A stretch of 64,000 nt of DNA from positions 314,696 through 378,695 of the forward strand of contig WBUH01000002.1 of NCBI GenBank assembly GCA_008933805.1, written 5' to 3'. Below are positions 1-11,325 of this stretch, piece after piece (the first letter of the stretch is position 1; each line of letters begins with the position of its first letter). The stretch comes from Bacteroidota bacterium. Lineage in GTDB: Bacteria > Bacteroidota > Bacteroidia > UBA8524. The notes beneath the pieces are model-generated. The model had not been told where the DNA came from and did not search any database. It worked only from the letters and a program-made list of their open reading frames with translations. Both the position numbers and the translations under genes were made by a program.

Positions 1-159
1 GCAAGTCTGTAGCGCAGGTTGTGTGTCAGCGACTTGTGAGATTAAGTCTGTCCAGCCGACGGTAGCAAAGGTTACAAAATACAGCCCATCTGTATTGTGA
101 AATTTGAAGGCGCTGCAAACCACACTACAGACTTGCGAGAGCGGGGCATGACCGGCAGC

Positions 160-1035
160 TTACACCAGCAAATTAAGCGAAGCAGGATCGATTTTAAAAT
201 TTATTTCCGTACCCATTTCGGCAGGTTCCCCGTCAAAGTGGACGGCTCCTTTATCGTTGCGCCGTATGATAACGTCTTCTGCCTTAAACGATAAGATGTT
301 TTTATTCTTGTCAATGCTTTTGGTAAACATTTGCAGAGCAAGGCGGGGTACATCGTAAAACTTAAACGGTTTCATCACCACCACGTCCATCAACCCGTCA
401 CGGGTACTGGCTGCGGGAGCTATGGTAGCATTGTTGCCCCATTGAGAAGCATTAGCTACTGATATTAAAAAGGCGTCTTCGGTATATTCTTTACCGTCAA
501 TCACCAAACTGTATTGTTGGGGCTTAAAACTGCCCAACTCACGCACCACAATCTTGGTATAGGTTTTAAACCCTCGTTGGGGGGCAGTGGCAAACAAATA
601 CCCTATGTGCGCATCAAAGCCAATGCCCGCCACATTTACGTAGCGTTGGTTGTTTATCAGTAAAGTATCTACTTTTTTAAGGCTAGGAGCATTAAGACGT
701 TGCAACGCCTTTTCGGTTTGCATGGGTATGTTGTGATGGCGGGCAAACCCGTTACCCGAACCCATCGGCACAATGCCCATTAATGTATCAGTGCCTGCTA
801 ACTGGCGGGCTACTTGGTTAATAGTTCCATCGCCGCCCGCACCCACAATTATGTCAAAACCATTGGCAAGTGCATTGCCCACCAGTTGTTCCACACTGTC
901 GTGGTCGCCCCATTCTTCAATGGCAAACTCGTACTTCGCCGTATCTATGTTAGCAGCTACCTGTGCCTTAAAATTATCCTTCTTCTTTCCGCCCGAAATC
1001 GGGTTCACTAAAAAATATATTTTCTGTTTTGCCAT
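160..1035 (-). CDS. YegS/diacylglycerol-kinase-family lipid kinase
   Basis: 291 aa with a GAGGDGT nucleotide-binding motif and DAGK catalytic-domain-like layout. Lies adjacent to murB. Confidence 0.7.
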   Translation of the reverse strand: MAKQKIYFLVNPISGGKKKDNFKAQVAANIDTAKYEFAIEEWGDHDSVEQLVGNALANGFDIIVGAGGDGTINQVARQLAGTDTLMGIVPMGSGNGFARHHNIPMQTEKALQRLNAPSLKKVDTLLINNQRYVNVAGIGFDAHIGYLFATAPQRGFKTYTKIVVRELGSFKPQQYSLVIDGKEYTEDAFLISVANASQWGNNATIAPAASTRDGLMDVVVMKPFKFYDVPRLALQMFTKSIDKNKNILSFKAEDVIIRRNDKGAVHFDGEPAEMGTEINFKIDPASLNLLV

Positions 1036-1046
1036 CCTCTGCGGGA

Positions 1047-2063
1047 TTAAATCATGTTCACTTCCGGCACAAGCTGTATCCCAAAACGCTCCTTTACCGA
1101 GGCGATTACGTTTTGTGCGTGGGCATAAATTTCATGTCCCGTTGCATTGCCGTAATTCACCAACACCAACGCCTGCATTTTGTGGTTACCCGTGTTGCCC
1201 ACTACCTTTCCCTTCCAGCCTGTTTGTTCAATCAGCCAGCCTGCGGGTACTTTGGTAATGGTGTCATTCACCTTGTAACCGGGCATATCTGCAAATTGTT
1301 CTTTCAGTTGCAGGTATTGCACCGTGGGTATTTCAGGGTTTTTAAAAAAGCTGCCCGCATTTCCTAAAATAGCAGGGTTGGGCAACTTGCTTTGCCGGAT
1401 GGCAATTACGGCATCGCTTATTGCCTTAACGTTAAGCGTTTTAACCCCCATTGTTTCCAGCGTTTCTTGTATAGCCCCGTAGGTAGTGTTAAATACAGGT
1501 TTTTTGCTGAGTTTAATGGTGATGGAAAGTATAAAAACTTTGTTTTTCAGTTCACGTTTAAAAATGCTTTCGCGGTAGCCAAAATCACATTGGCTGTTAG
1601 TAACGGTATGTGTTTGCAAATCGTCGAAACTAAAGTATTCAACCGTTTGCAGTACGTCTTTAATCTCTACCCCATACGCACCTATGTTTTGCATGGGCGC
1701 AGCCCCCACCGTGCCGGGTATCAGCGATAGGTTTTCTATCCCCCCGAACCCCCTTTCAACACAATACATCACCAAGCTGTGCCAGTTCTCTCCCGATGCG
1801 GCTTTCAGCACCACTTCGTCCTCATTTTCTGCAACTATGTCTATTCCCTTCAACTCGTTCAGCAGCGTAATACCTTCCCAGTTTTGGGTGAACAATACAT
1901 TACTGCCCCCTCCTAATATCAAACGGGGCAGGGCAAAAAGTTGTGGGTCGGCGCAATATTCCGTTAGGTTTTGAAGGGAATTAATGCGGATAAAATATCG
2001 GGTAAACGCTTCGATACCAAAGGTATTGAAGGGCTTTAGCGAAATGTTTTCTTGTATCTCCAT
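1047..2063 (-). CDS. murB: UDP-N-acetylenolpyruvoylglucosamine reductase (MurB)
   Basis: 338 aa with an FAD-binding PCMH-type N-terminus and the conserved MurB C-terminal region. Typical MurB length and motifs. Confidence 0.85.
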   Translation of the reverse strand: MEIQENISLKPFNTFGIEAFTRYFIRINSLQNLTEYCADPQLFALPRLILGGGSNVLFTQNWEGITLLNELKGIDIVAENEDEVVLKAASGENWHSLVMYCVERGFGGIENLSLIPGTVGAAPMQNIGAYGVEIKDVLQTVEYFSFDDLQTHTVTNSQCDFGYRESIFKRELKNKVFILSITIKLSKKPVFNTTYGAIQETLETMGVKTLNVKAISDAVIAIRQSKLPNPAILGNAGSFFKNPEIPTVQYLQLKEQFADMPGYKVNDTITKVPAGWLIEQTGWKGKVVGNTGNHKMQALVLVNYGNATGHEIYAHAQNVIASVKERFGIQLVPEVNMI

Positions 2064-2137
2064 GAGGGTGTTGCGAAGGTAGGAAAATGTTAGTGCCTTA
2101 GCGGAGGGTTGTTTATCTTGCTACCAAAATTAATGCA

Positions 2138-2653
2138 ATGAGTATTTTTAAAAAGCTGTTTGGTGCATTGCTTCCTGCAAAAATTGAGGATGAATATTTT
2201 GGGGTGCTCGAATACAATGAGTTTAGCTATGCCGGAATGGATACAATCAAATTTTACAGGGGTGAAGTGTTTTTTAAACCCGTAAATGAGAGAATAGGTA
2301 TCACATTTTCAGCGGATAAAAGCGGCCCTCAGCCCTATCAAAAAGAATTATTTAAGCAGGTGGAAGAAAAATATGCTGCGTTAGCAAATGCTGCAAAAAC
2401 AGCACTGGCAAATGATGCCAACAAAGAATATTTAGCTGAAAAGAAAGCAGATACTATTGATGTTGTAAACGATTATAAGTTGGTTTCAATAGGGATTAAT
2501 AAGAAAGAAGGGGACGTTTTCAGTTGGGATTTTCAATACGTACAAAAACAAAATGAGGATATTGAAATTACTGTGTACTTTACCAATTTTGAGGTGAATG
2601 ATGTTGAGATTGATAATTTTGCGCTGGAAGACGACGAGGGAGACGAAGAATAA
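2138..2653 (+). CDS. hypothetical protein with acidic C-terminus
   Basis: 171-aa ORF with good coding look and no recognisable domain. Confidence 0.4.
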   Translation: MSIFKKLFGALLPAKIEDEYFGVLEYNEFSYAGMDTIKFYRGEVFFKPVNERIGITFSADKSGPQPYQKELFKQVEEKYAALANAAKTALANDANKEYLAEKKADTIDVVNDYKLVSIGINKKEGDVFSWDFQYVQKQNEDIEITVYFTNFEVNDVEIDNFALEDDEGDEE

Positions 2654-2659
2654 GCAGGC

Positions 2660-3829
2660 ATGAGTGCAAAAGTATTTTTTTCAAATCTGTGGAAGGCAGT
2701 TTACAAGAATCCGCGAAACCGACTGAAAGAAGAACGGTTTTTAAAAAAGCGGCGGGCATTTGTAGATAGCATTAAACAACTGCCTACGGAGTTTGACAGG
2801 GAGATTGTTGTTATCCGAACGGACGATATCGGCGATTATATTTTGTTTAGAAACTCGCTGGAGTTGTTGCGAAAAGCAAAACCCGGTTATAAAATCACCT
2901 TAATAGGCCATGCACTTTGGCAGCCGATTGCAGAGGGCTGGGACAGTGATTTTGCAGACGAGTTTATTTGGCTGCAAAAGGGTAGGTTTTTGAAAGAAGA
3001 AGACTATGCCCAACAGTTTTTGCGAGAAATAAGTGCTAAAAGACCTGAGTTAGTGATAGCTCCTTCGTACTCACGCAGTACATTTATTGACGGGGTGATT
3101 GCCCGTTTACTGCCTGCTAAAGAAAAATATTGCTGGCAACGCAACGATAGAGAAGTACGCCAATGGCTGCGTAACTATTGCGATGCTGATTTTACCCATA
3201 CTAAACCCATCCCCGACGGATTACACGAGTTTGGTTTGAACACTCGTTTTATGGAGTGGGTAACAGGGCAGGCTGCTGAACTTGTGAAACCGATTATCGA
3301 CGCAAAAAAACTCCCCTCAATTACAGGGTTGTCGCAACAGTATGTAGTATTGTTTGCGGGGGCTGCTGCAAAACGCAAACGGTGGGGTACTGAAAAATTT
3401 GCGCAAGTAGCCGATTATATCGCTGCTAAATACGGTTTGCAGTGTGTGGTTTGCGGCTCAAAAGGAGATGGTGCATTGGCCGATGAAATTATCAGCAATG
3501 CCAAAAACAAATCATCAATAGTAAACTACACCGGCCAAACGGATTTGCTGCAATTAGCCACTGTGCTCAATGGCAGTCAATTAATAATTACCAACGATAC
3601 CAGTGCTGCTCATTACGCCGCTGCGCTAGGAAAAAGTACCATTGCCTTATTAAACGGTAACAGTTACGGCAGGTTTTTTCCGTACCCTGCCGCACTTCAC
3701 CCAAATGTAAAAGCCATTTACCCGCCTGCGGTTACCAATCCGCCCTACGATTGGGTAGGCATGGGCGATATACAATCCATCAGTATCACGACTGTAATTA
3801 AAGAAGTGGATTTGTTTTTGGAGGGGTAG
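2660..3829 (+). CDS. glycosyltransferase family 9 (LPS heptosyltransferase-like)
   Basis: 389 aa with GT9 architecture and a C-terminal GT-B nucleotide-binding half. ATG start. Sits in an LPS core gene neighbourhood next to kdtA. Confidence 0.65.
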   Translation: MSAKVFFSNLWKAVYKNPRNRLKEERFLKKRRAFVDSIKQLPTEFDREIVVIRTDDIGDYILFRNSLELLRKAKPGYKITLIGHALWQPIAEGWDSDFADEFIWLQKGRFLKEEDYAQQFLREISAKRPELVIAPSYSRSTFIDGVIARLLPAKEKYCWQRNDREVRQWLRNYCDADFTHTKPIPDGLHEFGLNTRFMEWVTGQAAELVKPIIDAKKLPSITGLSQQYVVLFAGAAAKRKRWGTEKFAQVADYIAAKYGLQCVVCGSKGDGALADEIISNAKNKSSIVNYTGQTDLLQLATVLNGSQLIITNDTSAAHYAAALGKSTIALLNGNSYGRFFPYPAALHPNVKAIYPPAVTNPPYDWVGMGDIQSISITTVIKEVDLFLEG

Positions 3830-3843
3830 TTAATGTCCGTATG

Positions 3844-3882
3844 CGTCATTGCGAGAAAGGCGATAGCCTGACGAAGCAATCC
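3844..3882. repeat. GTCAT-hairpin REP-like element
   Basis: cgtcattgcgag...gaagcaatcc, an imperfect hairpin of the same family seen at 18.2, 41.2, 46.4 and 61.2 kb. Confidence 0.4.
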
Positions 3883-3946
3883 GTTACGACTAAGTGATAG
3901 ATTAATTTGCTAAGATGGTAGTAAAATTAAGTGCCCTTCGACAGGC

Positions 3947-5176
3947 TCAGGGTTTTATAAGATCAAAAATCTTTTGCGCTGCGCCTGCATTGTGTTGGAT
4001 GAAGGCCGCGGCATTTTCACCTGTTTTCAAACGCTTCTCCTCGTGAGTAAGAAACTCAGATAGGATGTTCTTTAATTCAGCAGCATTGTTGATGATTAAG
4101 CCGCCGCCCGCATTTACCAAACGCTTTCCTTCGGGGTACTTGTTAACAGGCGGGCCATACAAAACGGGAATTGAAAACACAGCGGCCTCTAAAATATTGT
4201 GCAGCCCCTTGCGGAATGCACCACCGATAAGCGCCATATCGCCGTATTGATACAGCGACGAAAGCATCCCGATGTTATCAATCAGCACAACATCGTATTC
4301 CGTAGCATTTGCCTCGGTTAGCTTTGAGTAACGGATAACCTTACTGAATTTCTTTTCAATTTCAGCCAAATGCCCTTCGTCAATCTTATGGGGAGCAATT
4401 ACCAGTTTTAATACGTTGTTTAGCTGCGGATGAACTTCCGCCAGCAAAGCTTCTTCTTCCGGCCAACTGCTGCCGGCTACCAATAGTTTTTTATCGGCTT
4501 TAAAAGCAGCAATTAAGGGGAATTTTTTAGCGTTTTGAGCATTGTGCAACACACGGTCGCAACGGGTATCGCCTGTATAGGTAACTGTTTTGTAACCGAT
4601 GTTTTGTAATAAAACCACAGAGCCTTCGTCTTGCGTAAATACATGATTAAAGCTGTGCAGCATTTGCAAATGCAAGCCGTTATATTTTTTAAAGAAAGGT
4701 TGGTTTTGCCTAAACAATGCTGAAACAAGGTATAAGGGAATGTTTCGTTGCTTAGTTTGTGTGAGGTAGTGAAACCAAAAATCGTACTTCACAAACAACA
4801 CCATATCGGGCTTAACCCCATCCAAAAAGCGGGAAGCATTTCCGGCAGTATCGGGCGGAAGGTAAAAAGCAAAATCAATGGCGGGGTGTCTGTGGCGGTA
4901 TTCATATCCCGACGGTGAAAAGAAAGTGGCGATAATTTCCCACTCGTTTCGGTCAAATTTTTCAATTACGGGCAAGCCTTGCTCAAACTCGCCCAACGAG
5001 GCCACGTGCAGCCACAGCCGTTTTTTTGTTTTTGCAGGAAGGGTATGCTGTATCTGTTCAAAAATATTTTTCCGGCCTGCCACCCATTTGCGGGCTTTAT
5101 CATTCCACAAGGCCATTAAACGGGCACCTGCTGTGTAGGCTGCAATTCCCAAATCATACAATACAGGCATGGGCAA
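3947..5176 (-). CDS. kdtA: 3-deoxy-D-manno-octulosonic acid transferase (KdtA/WaaA)
   Basis: 409 aa with a Glycos_transf_N N-terminal domain and GT-B fold, matching the Kdo transferase family. Confidence 0.85.
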   Translation of the reverse strand: MPMPVLYDLGIAAYTAGARLMALWNDKARKWVAGRKNIFEQIQHTLPAKTKKRLWLHVASLGEFEQGLPVIEKFDRNEWEIIATFFSPSGYEYRHRHPAIDFAFYLPPDTAGNASRFLDGVKPDMVLFVKYDFWFHYLTQTKQRNIPLYLVSALFRQNQPFFKKYNGLHLQMLHSFNHVFTQDEGSVVLLQNIGYKTVTYTGDTRCDRVLHNAQNAKKFPLIAAFKADKKLLVAGSSWPEEEALLAEVHPQLNNVLKLVIAPHKIDEGHLAEIEKKFSKVIRYSKLTEANATEYDVVLIDNIGMLSSLYQYGDMALIGGAFRKGLHNILEAAVFSIPVLYGPPVNKYPEGKRLVNAGGGLIINNAAELKNILSEFLTHEEKRLKTGENAAAFIQHNAGAAQKIFDLIKP

Positions 5177-5187
5177 ACCGTTATCTG

Positions 5188-6048
5188 TTAGCGGAAAATA
5201 AACTCGTCTTCATCACGGTTGGCACCGTATATGGGCAATATCCAACCGATACGAAGCGCCCAATAATTATCACTTCGGGTTTTGGTATCGGGTCCCATTA
5301 AATCGTAGTTCCAGTTACGGGCAAATTGCGTACGACCTTGTGTAAACTCAAGCCCCACGTAAAAATTCACCATTTTTTTAATACTCATATACTGGTAACC
5401 GATGAACTCCTGCACGTAATAGCCGTTAGTCAATCGGTCGTAGCCCTTCATGTAATCGCCTTGCAGTTGGGGGGCAAAGTTAGAAACACTCTGAAAGTGC
5501 ATACGGTGTTGCAAAAAGCCGCCGCCCAAACTTACAAACAAACCTGAGTTACGGTTTTTATCCAACGGGAATAATCGGCCTAAGTGTGCGCTTACATTAA
5601 AGCCGCGCATAGATAGTTGGGGGTTAAAATTATATCCGTCTTTATCTACTAAATAACCGTCGCTGTTGCGCAACGAATCAAGCATTGAATATTCCAGCAC
5701 ATTACGCCCGAAGATGAAACCGCCTTCAGCACGCAAATCCCAGCCGCTCTCAAACTTCATCCCTACACTTCCGCCAAGGTTTGAAAATACCCCGAAGCGT
5801 TTACCCAAATCGGCCTGCGGAAAACAGTACGAATAGTTGAACCTGAAAACCACTGCACGTTGTGCTTTAAACTCACGTTGGCGCAAAGGTTGTTGCACCT
5901 TGCGAACCGTATCAGATGGGGGAGGGAAGGGCGGAGGGCTTTGCTGAGCAAAAGCCGCTGTAGCCGAAGCCACACACAGCAAACTCCCAAGTATTTTTAG
6001 GTACTTCATTTTCAGGCTCAAACCTACGTTATTTTTATGTAAAGGCAT
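5188..6048 (-). CDS. outer-membrane beta-barrel protein (putative)
   Basis: N-terminal signal peptide, alternating beta-strand pattern, aromatic-rich, and a C-terminal F-x-F-R-like end. Confidence 0.45.
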   Translation of the reverse strand: MPLHKNNVGLSLKMKYLKILGSLLCVASATAAFAQQSPPPFPPPSDTVRKVQQPLRQREFKAQRAVVFRFNYSYCFPQADLGKRFGVFSNLGGSVGMKFESGWDLRAEGGFIFGRNVLEYSMLDSLRNSDGYLVDKDGYNFNPQLSMRGFNVSAHLGRLFPLDKNRNSGLFVSLGGGFLQHRMHFQSVSNFAPQLQGDYMKGYDRLTNGYYVQEFIGYQYMSIKKMVNFYVGLEFTQGRTQFARNWNYDLMGPDTKTRSDNYWALRIGWILPIYGANRDEDEFIFR

Positions 6049-6189
6049 AACAGCTAAACGAAAACCAACGGTAAATAGTTGGTAGTGTAGCCGCTATTTA
6101 TCAGCACGCTAAAAACCTTTTTCGGCGCGTATTGTTACCTCATATTTCATATTTATTGGGTTATATTTGCACAAAATCATTTATTCAGC

Positions 6190-7338
6190 GTGGAATCACA
6201 AGGGATGAAAAAAATTCAGATGGTTGATGTTTACAGCCAGTATGAAAAAATACAAAATGAAGTGGATGCTGCTATCGCAAACGTTATAAAAACGTCGGCA
6301 TTTATAAACGGTCCGGAAGTAAAAGCATTTCAACAAGAGTTAGAACAATACTTGGGCGTGAAGCACGTGATACCATGCGCTAATGGTACCGATGCGTTGC
6401 AAATAGCCATGATGGCATTGGGTTTGAAACCCGGCGACGAGGTGATAACTGCCAGCTTTACTTACGTAGCTACCGCCGAAGTGATTGGGTTGCTTCAACT
6501 TACCCCCGTGTTGGTGGATGTTGACCCTGCAACTTTTGAGATTGATTTAAAGGCTATTGAAGCTGCAATTACCCCAAAAACCAAAGCCATTGTGCCTGTG
6601 CATTTGTTTGGCCAGTGTGCAAACATGGAAGGGGTGATGGAGATTGCCCAAAAGCATAACTTATACGTAATTGAAGATACAGCCCAAGCTATTGGTGCTG
6701 AATATACCTTTACCAACGGAACTGTAAAGAAAGCAGGAACCATAGGTACAGTGGGAGCAACATCGTTTTACCCGTCTAAAAACTTAGGTTGTATGGGCGA
6801 TGGTGGTGCTATATTCACCAATGATGATGCTTTGGCTGCAAAAATGCGCATGATTTGTAATCACGGTCAAAGCACCTTGTATTACCATGATGAGATAGGC
6901 GTAAACAGCCGTTTGGACAGCTTGCAAGCCGCAGTATTGCGCATTAAACTACGCAGTTTGGATAATTATGCTGCTGCCCGTAATAAGGTAGCCGATTTTT
7001 ATGATAAAGCGTTTGCAAACAACCCAAAACTAACCGTACCAGCAAGGGCTAACGATTCAACTCACGTATTTCACCAATACACGTTGCTATTGAACAACGT
7101 TGACCGCGATGAGTTACGTAAGTTTTTGAGCGAGCGCGGTGTGCCCAGCATGATTTACTACCCTGTTCCGTTGCACATGCAAAAAGCGTATACCGACCCA
7201 AGGTATAAAGAAGGAATGTTCCCCGTGACCGAGCAATTGTGTAAAACCGTATTCTCGCTGCCTATGCATAGCGAATTGGATGAGCAACAACTTGCTTTTA
7301 TCACCAGTAATGTATTAGATTTCGTTAACAATCACTAA
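6190..7338 (+). CDS. DegT/DnrJ/EryC1/StrS-family PLP-dependent sugar aminotransferase
   Basis: 382 aa with the conserved aminotransferase fold and a lysine-containing PLP region. First gene of a nucleotide-sugar operon. Confidence 0.85.
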   Translation: MESQGMKKIQMVDVYSQYEKIQNEVDAAIANVIKTSAFINGPEVKAFQQELEQYLGVKHVIPCANGTDALQIAMMALGLKPGDEVITASFTYVATAEVIGLLQLTPVLVDVDPATFEIDLKAIEAAITPKTKAIVPVHLFGQCANMEGVMEIAQKHNLYVIEDTAQAIGAEYTFTNGTVKKAGTIGTVGATSFYPSKNLGCMGDGGAIFTNDDALAAKMRMICNHGQSTLYYHDEIGVNSRLDSLQAAVLRIKLRSLDNYAAARNKVADFYDKAFANNPKLTVPARANDSTHVFHQYTLLLNNVDRDELRKFLSERGVPSMIYYPVPLHMQKAYTDPRYKEGMFPVTEQLCKTVFSLPMHSELDEQQLAFITSNVLDFVNNH

Positions 7339-7362
7339 TAAACCAAAATCGTATTAAGCACT

Positions 7363-8709
7363 ATGAAAATAGTAGTAGTTGGAACCGGCTATGTGGGCCT
7401 TGTAACCGGAACATGTTTTGCCGAAGTAGGTATTGATGTTACTTGTGTTGACATTGACCAACGTAAGATTGAAAATCTTAAAAAGGGCATAATGCCTATT
7501 TATGAACCTGGGCTTGAAGAAATGGTACTTCGTAACGTTGAAAAAGAGCGGTTGCACTTTTCAACCAGCCTTGCTGAAAGTATTGTTGGTGCCGATGTTG
7601 CTTTTATAGCAGTAGGAACCCCTCCGGGTGAAGACGGAAGTGCTGATTTGAAATACGTATTGGCTGTAGCGGATGAGATTGGTCGTAACATGACTGATTA
7701 TTTAGTGGTTGTTACTAAAAGTACTGTACCCGTGGGTACTGCTGAAAAAGTACGTGCTAAAGTATCAGAAGCATTAAATGCCCGCGGCTCAAAACTAACT
7801 TACGATGTGGCCTCTAACCCTGAGTTTTTGAAAGAGGGTGCTGCAATCGATGATTTCTTGAAACCCGATCGTATTGTTATCGGTGTTGAATCAGAAAAAG
7901 CAGAAGAAATTATGCGTCGTTTGTACAAGCCTTTCTTGTTAAACGGTCACCCCATTATTTTCATGGATGTGCCTTCAGCTGAAATGACCAAGTATGCTGC
8001 AAACAGTATGCTGGCTACCAAAATCAGCTTTATGAACGATATAGCTAACCTATGCGAAATTGTGGGTGCTGATGTAAACATGGTGCGTAAGGGTATAGGC
8101 AGCGATGCGCGTATCGGTAATAAATTTATCTATCCCGGTGTTGGTTATGGCGGTTCATGCTTCCCAAAAGATGTGAAAGCCCTTATTAAAACTGCGGTTG
8201 AAAAAGGCTATAACATGCGCATACTTGAGGCAGTTGAAGAGGTAAACGAAGACCAGAAAATGGTGATGGTTACCAAAATAATGAAACACTTCAACGGCGA
8301 TATTAAAGGCAAAACCTTTGGTATGTGGGGACTATCGTTTAAACCAAAAACTGATGATATGCGCGAAGCTCCATCATTGGTGATTATAGAAAAATTGCTT
8401 GAAGGCGGTGCAAAAGTAAAAGCATACGACCCCGTGGCAATGAAAGAAGCCAAACACATGCTGGGTGATACTATTGAGTATGTGGATGAGCAAGACGATG
8501 CACTACAAGGTGCTGATGCTTTATTGCTGATTACCGAATGGCCTGAATTCCGTGTGCCTAACTTTGAAAATCTTGCTAAAATAATGAATGACAAAGTGGT
8601 GTTTGACGGACGTAATATTTACGATGGCAAAGAACTTAACGATATGGGCTTTGCATATTACGGTGTAGGTATAAACGGTAAAAACCAAATTGCTAAAGCC
8701 AATGCGTAA
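7363..8709 (+). CDS. ugd: UDP-glucose 6-dehydrogenase
   Basis: 448 aa with an N-terminal GTGYVG Rossmann motif and a catalytic GGSCFPKD motif. Confidence 0.85.
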   Translation: MKIVVVGTGYVGLVTGTCFAEVGIDVTCVDIDQRKIENLKKGIMPIYEPGLEEMVLRNVEKERLHFSTSLAESIVGADVAFIAVGTPPGEDGSADLKYVLAVADEIGRNMTDYLVVVTKSTVPVGTAEKVRAKVSEALNARGSKLTYDVASNPEFLKEGAAIDDFLKPDRIVIGVESEKAEEIMRRLYKPFLLNGHPIIFMDVPSAEMTKYAANSMLATKISFMNDIANLCEIVGADVNMVRKGIGSDARIGNKFIYPGVGYGGSCFPKDVKALIKTAVEKGYNMRILEAVEEVNEDQKMVMVTKIMKHFNGDIKGKTFGMWGLSFKPKTDDMREAPSLVIIEKLLEGGAKVKAYDPVAMKEAKHMLGDTIEYVDEQDDALQGADALLLITEWPEFRVPNFENLAKIMNDKVVFDGRNIYDGKELNDMGFAYYGVGINGKNQIAKANA

Positions 8710-9688
8710 ACGTATATTAATAACCGGCGGTGCCGGTTTTTTGGGTTCGCATTTGTGCGACCGCTTTATAAAAGAAGACTATGATGTGATTGCAATGGAC
8801 AATCTTATCACAGGTGATGTGCGCAATATTGAGCATTTGTTTAAACTGCCCAATTTTGAGTTCTATCACCACGATGTGTCTAAGTTTATCCATGTGCCCG
8901 GCAAGTTGGATTACATTCTGCACTTTGCCTCTCCTGCAAGCCCTATTGACTATTTGAAAATACCCATTCAAACCCTTAAAGTGGGTTCATTGGGTGTGCA
9001 CAATTGCTTGGGCTTGGCAAAAGAAAAAGGTGCACGTATGCTTATTGCGTCAACATCTGAAGTATATGGCGACCCGTTAGTGCATCCTCAAAACGAGGAC
9101 TACTGGGGCAACGTAAACCCTGTAGGCCCACGCGGTGTGTACGACGAGGCTAAGCGTTTCCAAGAAGCTATGACAATGGCTTACCACACTTATCACGGTG
9201 TTGAAACCCGTATCGTACGTATATTTAATACCTACGGCCCTCGTATGCGTCTGAATGATGGTAGAGCATTGCCCGCATTTATCGGACAAGCGTTGAGGGG
9301 TGAAGACATTACTGTTTTTGGTGATGGTAGCCAAACCCGCAGTTTTTGCTACGTGGATGATTTGGTAGAAGGTATTTACCGTTTGCTGATGAGCGATTAT
9401 GCTTACCCTGTAAACATTGGTAACCCTATCGAAATCACCATTAAAGAGTTTGCCGAAGAGATTATAAAACTTACCGGTACATCGCAAAAGATAGTGTATA
9501 AACCATTACCTACTGACGACCCTAAGCAACGCCGCCCTGATATTACCCGCGCTAAAGAAATACTTGGCTGGGAACCTAAAGTGAGCCGCGCTGAAGGATT
9601 AAAAATAACATACGATTACTTTAAATCACTCCCCGAAGCGGACTTGTTTAAAGACCCGCACGGAAGGGAGTTTGCTTCGAATAAATGA
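8702..9688 (+). CDS. UDP-glucuronate decarboxylase / NAD-dependent epimerase-dehydratase (UXS/ArnA C-domain-like)
   Basis: SDR-extended fold with [10 protein letters not shown] and YDEAK motifs. The ATG overlaps the ugd stop (ATGCGTAA), so the likely start is 8702 rather than the ORF-track 8690. Confidence 0.75.
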   Translation: MRKRILITGGAGFLGSHLCDRFIKEDYDVIAMDNLITGDVRNIEHLFKLPNFEFYHHDVSKFIHVPGKLDYILHFASPASPIDYLKIPIQTLKVGSLGVHNCLGLAKEKGARMLIASTSEVYGDPLVHPQNEDYWGNVNPVGPRGVYDEAKRFQEAMTMAYHTYHGVETRIVRIFNTYGPRMRLNDGRALPAFIGQALRGEDITVFGDGSQTRSFCYVDDLVEGIYRLLMSDYAYPVNIGNPIEITIKEFAEEIIKLTGTSQKIVYKPLPTDDPKQRRPDITRAKEILGWEPKVSRAEGLKITYDYFKSLPEADLFKDPHGREFASNK

Positions 9689-10734
9689 GAAAAAATATAA
9701 TATTTATTCTTGCCTGTATAGCCCTGCAATGTTGTTCATTCGCAGGGCTATATGCTAAAAGGGTGTACCTGAATATGGTTTGGGAATCTTGCAAAAAGCG
9801 TGAGGCTGTTTTTTATTATGAAAAACCCGATAATGTTGCAAGCAGAGAGATTCCTATTTCGATATATTATAAGTATGAAGATAAATTGTACTGTAAAGGA
9901 AGTTTTAGCAGTGTTGAAGTAAGTAAAGAAAGCTGTAACGGTAAGTTTACCTACTATTTTACATCGGGTAATGTGATGTGTGAAGGAGAGTATCAAAACG
10001 GTGATAAAACCGGTTATTGGAAAATCTATTATAAAGAAGGGGGAGTTGAGCGGGAAGGTTTATATAAAGACGGAACTAAAATAGGTTTATGGCTGAACTA
10101 TGCGCAAGGCAAAACCATCGCTGATACAACATTGCATTATGGCCCTGACTACACGGGTGAAGTAATCCAAAAAAATAAGAATGGAAGCATAAGCGAAAAA
10201 GCTTGGTATGTTAATGGTACATATCACGGCAAGTATGAAAATTATAATTCTACGGGTGGTTTATTATACACCGGTAATTACGACGATGGTTTAAAGATAA
10301 ATGAATGGGTGTTTTATCATTCTGAAAATATAGTAGCAGCAAAAGTATATTATGGTAAGAATGAGACTATAGATTCGGTATTTTTTTTCAATGAAGATGG
10401 TAGTATAAGCACTGAACAAATAGATACCGCAACTATTTGTAAACATCCCGAAATGTCTGCCGATATACGCCAGTCTATAATTGCTAAAAATCTTAATTAT
10501 CCGGCATTTGCTATTGAAAATGCTATTCAAGGCCAAGTTCTAGTTCAGTTTACCGTTAGATCGGAAGGTAGCATTGATAATGTAAAATGTATTAATGATA
10601 TTAAATTAGATTTTGGGCTTGAGGAAGAATGTATTAGGGTTGTTAAGACAAATTTTAAGTTCAAACCTCATAAAATATGTAATGTTAAAACCGCAATAAG
10701 GTATAAAATGCCTATAAAATTTAGATTACGTTAA
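9685..10734 (+). CDS. MORN-repeat protein with TonB-C-like C-terminal domain
   Basis: Signal or lipoprotein-like N-terminus and repeated G-x-W-x-x-Y-Y MORN/YwqK-like motifs. The C-terminal ~80 aa resemble the TonB C-terminal domain. AT-rich. Confidence 0.45.
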   Translation: MRKNIIFILACIALQCCSFAGLYAKRVYLNMVWESCKKREAVFYYEKPDNVASREIPISIYYKYEDKLYCKGSFSSVEVSKESCNGKFTYYFTSGNVMCEGEYQNGDKTGYWKIYYKEGGVEREGLYKDGTKIGLWLNYAQGKTIADTTLHYGPDYTGEVIQKNKNGSISEKAWYVNGTYHGKYENYNSTGGLLYTGNYDDGLKINEWVFYHSENIVAAKVYYGKNETIDSVFFFNEDGSISTEQIDTATICKHPEMSADIRQSIIAKNLNYPAFAIENAIQGQVLVQFTVRSEGSIDNVKCINDIKLDFGLEEECIRVVKTNFKFKPHKICNVKTAIRYKMPIKFRLR

Positions 10735-11321
10735 TGGATAACAATCCCGTTACATATTACTCACACCCCACCGCCATTATTGATGATGGTTGCACCATTG
10801 GTGCAGGTACTAAAATCTGGCACTTTTCGCACATTATGCAGGGTTGTATAATTGGTGAAGGTTGTAATTTGGGGCAAAACGTGGTGGTTTCACCACAAGT
10901 GGTGTTGGGTAATAATGTTAAGGTGCAAAACAACGTATCCATATACACTGGTGTAACCTGTGCCGATGATGTGTTCTTAGGCCCCAGCATGGTGTTTACC
11001 AACGTTATTAATCCCCGTAGCGCAGTAAGCCGTAGGGAAAACTATGCAAAAACCCATGTAGGCAAAGGGGCAAGTATAGGGGCTAATGCAACTATAGTTT
11101 GCGGAAACAACATTGGTGAGTATGCATTTATTGGTGCGGGTGCGGTAGTAACCAAAGAGGTTCCAGCGTATGCGTTAGTAATAGGCAATCCGGCAAGGCA
11201 AACAGGCTGGATGAGCGAATACGGCCACAAACTTATGTTTGATGAGCAAGGCATAGCCGTGTGTGAAGAAAGCAAACAAAAATATCAGTTGAAAGACGGC
11301 GTTGTGAGCCGTATATTGTAA
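10734..11321 (+). CDS. hexapeptide-repeat sugar N-acetyltransferase (PglD/WbbJ-like)
   Basis: 195 aa of left-handed beta-helix hexapeptide repeats. Sits directly downstream in the sugar operon. Confidence 0.7.
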   Translation: MDNNPVTYYSHPTAIIDDGCTIGAGTKIWHFSHIMQGCIIGEGCNLGQNVVVSPQVVLGNNVKVQNNVSIYTGVTCADDVFLGPSMVFTNVINPRSAVSRRENYAKTHVGKGASIGANATIVCGNNIGEYAFIGAGAVVTKEVPAYALVIGNPARQTGWMSEYGHKLMFDEQGIAVCEESKQKYQLKDGVVSRIL

Positions 11322-11325
11322 CCCC

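Noticed and set aside
6162-6169. Bacteroidota-type -7 box TATATTTG upstream of the DegT gene
   Set aside because: The -7 motif matches TAnnTTTG, but the best upstream TTG is about 27 nt away, outside the usual 19-21 nt spacing. Promoter call not supported without 5-prime end data.
8690-8701. Upstream start (MLKPM...) for the decarboxylase gene
   Set aside because: The ATG at 8702 overlaps the ugd stop codon (ATGCGTAA), giving classic translational coupling. The 12-nt extension lies inside ugd.
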